NCBI GenBank assembly: GCA_964016885.1
Contig: OZ024752.1
Span: forward strand, 15,438,001 to 15,502,000
Length of the DNA stretch: 64,000 bases
Source of the DNA: Eledone cirrhosa
Lineage: Eukaryota
Direction of reading: 5' to 3'
In this document: positions 55,434 to 64,000 of the stretch, in pieces
How positions within the stretch are numbered: position 1 is the stretch's first letter
Layout of the letters: the number at the start of each line of letters is the position of its first letter
Program-made: the position numbers and the translations under genes
Notes under the pieces: generated by a model
The model's input: only the letters and a program-made list of their open reading frames with translations
Database searches by the model: none
What the model was told of the DNA's origin: nothing

Positions 55434-57320
55434 TATTTACAGGATTTTAAAATATTTTTTCAATGATGGCTTGTAAAAATCACTTCTATCACTTTAGTTG
55501 TTTTGTCAATCTATTTGATGAATGCATATAAACATATATGGTTTTATATACATATTTCCTTTAGGATATGGTTCTAGAGTCGGTGAAAGTATTTATACCA
55601 TGCCTCTTTACTTCCATGTGTGCACCTTACTCATATCATTCTCTTAAAGTTATTATTTCATAATTATATTCGGAAATAGACTGATTACGATGCATTTTAC
55701 TGTAATAGCTTTCTTGCTATGAAAATTCAAAAGAAGTTCGTACTAATGTATTTTAACTAAGCCTAATTAAAACCATATAAGTGAAACGTACCTGAAAAGG
55801 AAAACATAGTATGGTGAAGTGTATGTCTTGGTGAATGACACACGTGTCGTAAATCGAACTCAGGGAATTACCATCGTAGGTTGAACAGCCAAAACACTAT
55901 GCCACGGAATTATTAAAATTTAAAAAGAAATCATTCATTGCACAAAAGACAGTCGAACATGATACTGAATGGTTTTAAAATATATTGTAAATAGCCGATC
56001 AACGAAAGTCGAAATTATCTCCTGTCATATGTTATTTCCAATTAGAACGATAATCATTTGTGAAACAGACCTACAGAGTTATGTAAATTTCTTCTGTGAA
56101 AATTAAATCAAGATACAAAATTGAATATTCCATATTAACGCTATTTAGTTGATAGGCCGACAAATTACGAAATGCCATATAAAAAGTTAAACACCATATA
56201 CATTACTCAAACTGTGATGAGGGTAAAACTGATACAGTTAAGCAATGAGACATTGAAAACTCGAAGTATGTGTTCTGGTTGGTAAGAATGCGTGAAAGAG
56301 AGTGAGAGAGAAAGAAAAAGAGAGAGAGAGAGCTGAAAGTTGTGTGGTATTGCATTCTAATTTAGAGTTAAAAGTTAATACATATTTCTAGTTATTTTTA
56401 TAAGTAAATACGTTGGACCATCAACTTTAAATCTAAGAGATTCGTCATATTCCATACTCGAACAACCCGATTATATATAATGTACGTTCAGGTATTATTT
56501 TACGACTGGCAGTATACATATATATATATCTAGAGAGAGAGAGAGAGTAGATAATACACGAGAGAGAGAGTGTGTGTTTATCAATGTACAGAGAAGTACT
56601 CTCTCTCTCGTGTATTATTTTTTCTATATATTATATTTGAAGAGTCCAGGATTCTCTTTCCTTTGAGCTCATAAATTACAGGGACCAACGCGAGTTTTTG
56701 ACTCCGTTAATTCATTTTGGGATATATATAAGGATAAAATCGAAGTTGCGGCGCTTGACCAGCGTCCATAAAAAGACAAGATTCGGAAGCTTTAGACGAA
56801 ACACTCAATAAGAAGCTATCGATAAATCGATAAGTTACAGCTTAGAATAATAAACCTACGTTAATAGGCGTGACAAATTATATATATATGTGTGTGGGTT
56901 TGTGTGTGTGTATGTATGCTATTGATGGGCGTGAGAAATAGTGCTCAAAATCGAAGTGGAATTAAATCTGCCTATGTTAATACTAAGTGTTGAGTCTTCT
57001 TACTCTGGTGTTTCACTTGTGCACTCAATCAGACACGAATTTTACATAATGCGATTATATTTAATGCATTTTATATGTAATATATGTTCTAGGCAGTACA
57101 ATCTAGTGGTAAGTAGACGGACGTATTTACTATGCTACTATTTCAAAATTCCGTCTCCATACAATATGTATTGCTTTAAATTCTATCTAAAGACATCGTG
57201 TCAATGTGATTGACCTTATCATTCCTTTATAAAGACAGGCTCAACGAAAATGCGTATAACAGCGAAATACTTAATAAAGGGTATCATGAAAAATGACCAA
57301 TCCTATACATTATTGTGTGC

Positions 57321-57382
<62 letters not shown>

Positions 57383-57784
57383 TTTATAAACAACAATCAA
57401 AAAGTATTTTAGAACATTTAATCACTTACGATCGTTTCATTCTAGCACAAGGCCGGATTAGTGAGAGTATATAGTAAAGGACAAAACACAAATACAATAT
57501 CAGAAGTTTATCAAAGTACATGTAGAGGATACATAATATGGGAAGTAAGAATAAGTATTAACATTCATATAAGAGAAGATATATATATATATATATAAAG
57601 ATGATAAAAAAGGGATTCGAAAAGCGCACCAGGTATATAAATCGAAAGGATCTTAATAGCATGTACACGAATTTATGTTAAAAATGATGTTAGGAATGTT
57701 GTTTTTATTTTATCAATTCCCTTATATAAAGTTACCTATATAGAACGTTTTCTAACGACCACACGTTTTTTACTAATATAAATA

Positions 57785-57987
57785 CTAGACTACCCGTGAC
57801 TCGTTGGGTCTCGTTGAATTCAAACATTTTTTTTAAAAATCATGTTCACATAAGAATAATCTTCAAATAATTAAAATATACACAGACATGTATATAATGT
57901 GATATGAAACTGGAAGACCCATATATATTCTTGTGTGTATGTATATATTTAAATGTGCATGTGTATATACATATATATATCTATGTG

Positions 57988-58064
<77 letters not shown>

Positions 58065-58515
58065 ATATATATGTATATATATATATGTGTGTGTGTGTGT
58101 GTCTGTGATCTATATATACTGGTCATATACACACACACGCACACATATATATATACGCACACACTCATATATATATACACAGCAACACCACCAGCTCTCT
58201 CTCTTTAATTCTCCTTCTCTGTATCCACTCTCTCTCTCTCTATGTCTCTCTTTCAATCTCTTCACTCACAACCATTATCTCTTTCTCTCTATCTCACCCC
58301 CCTCTCTCTCTCTCTCTGTTTATGAAGGTACCCGGAAAAAAACAATAACTCGAGACCCCGTCCACCGATATACGGGAAACTTGTTTTATTCCATTTGTAT
58401 TTGCATTTCAGGGTCAACTTCCTTTCAAAGTATTTCCCCATTATGCGCTCTTTTTGCTGTATTACGTTACAGACAAGCAAGGAAGCAATCGCAGAGTTTT
58501 AGTAATATATATATA
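57785..58515 (-). mobile_element. Helitron-like element, second copy of 7968-9166
   Basis: A|CTAG end plus shared blocks (AAATCATGTTCAC, CACCAGCTCTCTCTC, GAAGGTACCCGGAAAAA, GGGTCAACTTCCTTTCAAAGTATTT). Confidence 0.6.
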
Positions 58516-58596
58516 TATTTCTCCTGAATGAAACAGTTATAGTCCTGTAGAAGCCATTTCTATATTAAATGTATATATATATATATATATATATAT

Positions 58597-58800
58597 AGTA
58601 ACACAACAGTTAGTTCACCATAACGAGAACAATTGTTTCGCCTTATGCGGATCTTTAGCTCGGACTGATAATATCCGCATAAGGTGAAAGAATTGCTCTC
58701 GGTATGGTGAACTAACTGTTGTGGTACTACTTCTACCAAACTCGTCCCATCTACTCAGTGCTCTACTACTACGGATGTAACTCTCCAGTGTTCTACTATT
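58597..58800. mobile_element. Fold-back mini-element family I (half-hammerhead palindrome)
   Basis: Arms 58597-58652 and 58673-58729 carry CCGCATAAGG(C/T)-GAAA-(C/G)AATTG, with a ~70-bp right extension and (TA)n flanks. Confidence 0.8.
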
Positions 58801-58811
58801 ATATATATGTA

Positions 58812-58888
<77 letters not shown>

Positions 58889-58967
58889 GTATATATATGT
58901 ATATATATATGTATATATATGTATATATATATATGTATGTATATATATATGTGTATATGCATATATG

Positions 58968-60134
<1,167 letters not shown>

Positions 60135-60507
60135 GTCTAAAGTCTCTCTCAAATCAGAAGGCTCGTTAGGCCAGTTGTTATCCCAGTTTCCGTGACGTGA
60201 AGTGACTGAGAGTACAATAAATCGACAGGACGGCAGTCCATCGTAGCTATTGCTCGTACTCATTGTTCAGCTACGCATACTGAGGCTACGTGAAATGAAG
60301 GGCTTTGTAAAAGAACACAACACACAACCCAGCCCAGGAATCAAACCCCCAACATTAAGATCATAAAACTAACACCCTTTCCACTTGGACACCTACCTCC
60401 ACAATTTCCAATTTAAATCTGAAAACGAGAAAAGAGGGATGTTCTGTATACATTTATAACCTAGTCAAGAATGACATATTTACTTTGCGGTTACCCCCCC
60501 CCCCCCC

Positions 60508-60574
<67 letters not shown>

Positions 60575-61533
60575 TAGTGTATGTGCATGTGTATGTATAT
60601 ATGCATATATAACCGCAAGGTAAATATTTCTTTCTTGACAAGGTTATAGGTTTCTATACATCATCTCTATTTTCGCCCTTTCAGATCTTCGTTGGAAATT
60701 TAGGTATTCTAAAGATATGAAGGCATATTTATGTATATAACTATAATAATTCAAGCAAATATCATATGCAAAATTGAGTAAACCTGAAGTAGGACTTCAC
60801 CTGTAAATATACAGATAGATAAGATCAGTAATAGTCAAACCGCCGTCCGTTTAGATTTCTAAATCATACGCTAAGTTTCAAAATTGCCTGGAAATGTTAG
60901 TAGTGAATCCCGCCTTATAATTGTTTCTAGTTTTGGCACAAGGCCAGCTATTACCCAGTGTATTACTGGTACTTTATTTTATCGACACCATAAGGATGAA
61001 AGGCAAAGTTAACCTCGGCGGGATTTGAACTCAGAATGGCAAGGGCCGTAACTCTATGCGTGAAAGCATGGCGTCCGACCCTCTACCGATACTGCCAATC
61101 CACCGCCTTATGATGAGCTCGAAAACAGTTGCTCCTGCCTTGTTTAGAGAAAATGGAGTTTTGGTCATATGACTAGGTTACAAAAGTTAGTGCGTACCTA
61201 TGAATAAGCTAACGGTGTCTGCAGCTTATTACGTGAACCAAATAAGTAAAAAATTACTTCTATATATAGAATAATAATTGTTTCTACTTTAGGCACAAGG
61301 CCAGCAATTAACAAGTACATTACTGGTACTTTATTTTATCGACCCCGTAAGGATGAAAGGCAAAGTCAACCTCGGCGATATATATAGAATAATAATAATA
61401 CTGTTAATAACTATATTAACAATAATACTAATAACAACAACAGCAATGATAATATCGATTACTTTATTTTTTATAATTGTCTTTTATTCCTATATTCTAA
61501 TTTAGGCAAAATATCATCAATATATTTGTGTGA

Positions 61534-61583
<50 letters not shown>

Positions 61584-61585
<2 letters not shown>

Positions 61586-61732
61586 CGAAGGAAATGTGGT
61601 AAGGAACCAGGTGGACCATAACGCACCAAAGTACTCAATACTTGAGGTAGTAGAGTGGGTAATAGGAACCAGTAAGACCCCGACAGCTGAGCTCAAGCCA
61701 GCTTGAGCTCAGCTGTCGGGGTCTTACTGGTT

Positions 61733-61735
<3 letters not shown>
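61584..61735. mobile_element. Fold-back mini-element family B (opposite orientation)
   Basis: Long arm on the left; centre at AAGC-ca-GCTT near 61700. Confidence 0.85.
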
Positions 61736-61778
<43 letters not shown>

Positions 61779-62002
61779 CATATATATATATATATTGTTT
61801 TGGCCTGTTTAGTTTAATTTGGTATTTGGTTTGGGTGGTTAATGCTTTCTTGACCACCTTTTCAGTTTTGTATGGGTTCTTAACACATTGTTTAGCTCTG
61901 GTTTTAACTATTGAGCACTGTGCCAGTATCATTTCTGATTTATGCGTTTCGCTTCGCTTTTCCTGCTCGCCGAAAAAGCGATTCTCGCTGAATCTTTATT
62001 TG

Positions 62003-62045
<43 letters not shown>

Positions 62046-62305
62046 ATTTGTGCATGTGTATATATACCTCTCTGCGTGTGTGTGTATGTATCTGTATATG
62101 TGTATGTACATATTTGTATGTAAATATATGTATATATATGTATATATACGTATATATGTGTGTATATATATGTATGTATGTATATTTGTATATATATATA
62201 TATATATATATATGCGTGTATATATATATATATATATGTGTGTGTGTATATATATATGTATATATATGTGTGTGTATATATATGTATGTATATATTTGTA
62301 TATAT

Positions 62306-62525
<220 letters not shown>

Positions 62526-62540
62526 GTGTGTATATATATA

Positions 62541-62744
62541 GGAACCAGTAAGACCCCGACGGCTGAGCTCAAGCCGTTTCGACGACTAATTCTGGACCAA
62601 GAATTGGGTCCAGAATTAGCCGTCGAAACGGCTTGAGCTCAGCCGTCGGGGTCTTACTGGTTCCTATTACCCACTCTACTGCCCTAAGTATTGAGTACTT
62701 TGGTGCGTTATGGTCCACCTAGGTTCCTTACCACATTTCCTTCG

Positions 62745-62791
<47 letters not shown>

Positions 62792-62923
62792 AGAAAGTAT
62801 GACCCCGGACAGCAGAGCTCTGTCGTCGGGGCCATACTTTCCCCTATTACCCACTCTACTACCCTCAGTATTGAGTTCTCTGCTGCGTTATGGTCCATCT
62901 GGTTCATTACCACAACTCCTTCG

Positions 62924-62925
<2 letters not shown>
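62541..62925. mobile_element. Two family B fold-back elements (62541-62746, 62790-62925) separated by (TA)n
   Basis: Same palindromic core and extension as the other family B copies. Confidence 0.85.
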
Positions 62926-63006
<81 letters not shown>

Positions 63007-63154
63007 CGTGTGTGTGTGTGTGTGTATGCGTGTGTGTGTGTGTGCGTGCGTGTGCGTCTGTGTGTGTGTGCGTGCGTGTGCGTCTGTGTCTGTGTCTATA
63101 CGTGAACATCTCTGTTACGTTTGTACACACACGCACATATACACACACACATAT

Positions 63155-63289
<135 letters not shown>

Positions 63290-63609
63290 TGCGACCAACG
63301 AAATGAGTGTCTAAATTGGTACTCTCACCTAATTATGGGTAATGGGAACAGATCATGAAAATGTAAAACTTGAAAATTTTATCTAAAATGTATTTTGTTC
63401 AACGCTTCAACACTGGAACATTAATTATTTCAAATTTCTATGTAAGACATTTAACTGGCTTCTATCAAATTTAACATCATCTTTGCAATTCTTATTCCAC
63501 TCTACCTGCTGTCTTTTACTTAAGCAGTAAATGTAAAATTACTAATAACTGATGCTGTTATATGTTATCTCATAGGTAATATTGATGAATTTTTACATTG
63601 TATGGTTCT

Positions 63610-63800
63610 ATCAAAAGATCAACCGGTGGTGTGAGTAATTTATGCCTAGAAGGACAGTTAGACGGTAAGAGAAGCAATGCTCCACAGCAAACAACGCTGG
63701 CTTGATATTGTCAACTAATGGACTCTGCTGTTGGCGATCGAACTTTGTGGAGAGGCATATCTGATGTCGATGGATAGACTGCCACAAGTGGAGTGAACGT
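63610..63800 (+). mobile_element. Degenerate RTE-like LINE 3' end
   Basis: Frameshifted LCLEGQLDGKR..RWLDIVN..DRTLWR. Confidence 0.5.
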
Positions 63801-64000
63801 CTAGCATATAACATAGCTACATTGGAATAATCTAGCTTGAAAGAATCACCGTTTCCTTGGAAAAAGTTTGGAGAATGTACCATGAATATAGATGTAACAT
63901 GTGGTGTTCTATTGTCTGGTATAGTTTTCAGTAATTATAGTAAGTGGACAACTCGGCAATTAGCTAATAATAAATCTTTTTGTGAGAGTTTGCCAACGTG

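Overview
This is an AT-rich, gene-poor, repeat-saturated animal genomic window. The SINE types and very dense (TA)n/(CA)n tracts suggest a cephalopod such as Octopus (inference). I found no host protein-coding exon I can support, and almost all ORF-track entries are microsatellite translations. Recognisable content: (i) a nearly intact Neptune-like Penelope-like element (PLE; RT + GIY-YIG, ~29.3-32.9 kb, minus) with an upstream ORF joined by a candidate U_UUU_UUA -1 frameshift; (ii) two decayed Naiad-like PLEs (~21.2-23.4 kb and ~53.6-54.4 kb); (iii) L1/Tx1 and RTE LINE 3' ends; (iv) about 30 tRNA-derived SINE copies of two families; (v) non-autonomous Helitrons and MITEs. The main unexplained structure is a dense set of 0.15-1 kb non-coding elements from about 10 families sitting in (TA)n tracts. 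Many are head-to-head fold-back inverted repeats, and most carry minimal type I hammerhead ribozyme (HHR) motifs (about 20 read by eye, including CCGANGA and UUGANAA core variants). One family is the terminal repeat of the Neptune PLE in this window, and another forms a 466-bp tandem array with one HHR per unit (retrozyme-like). All structures were read by eye, and coordinates are approximate to a few bp.
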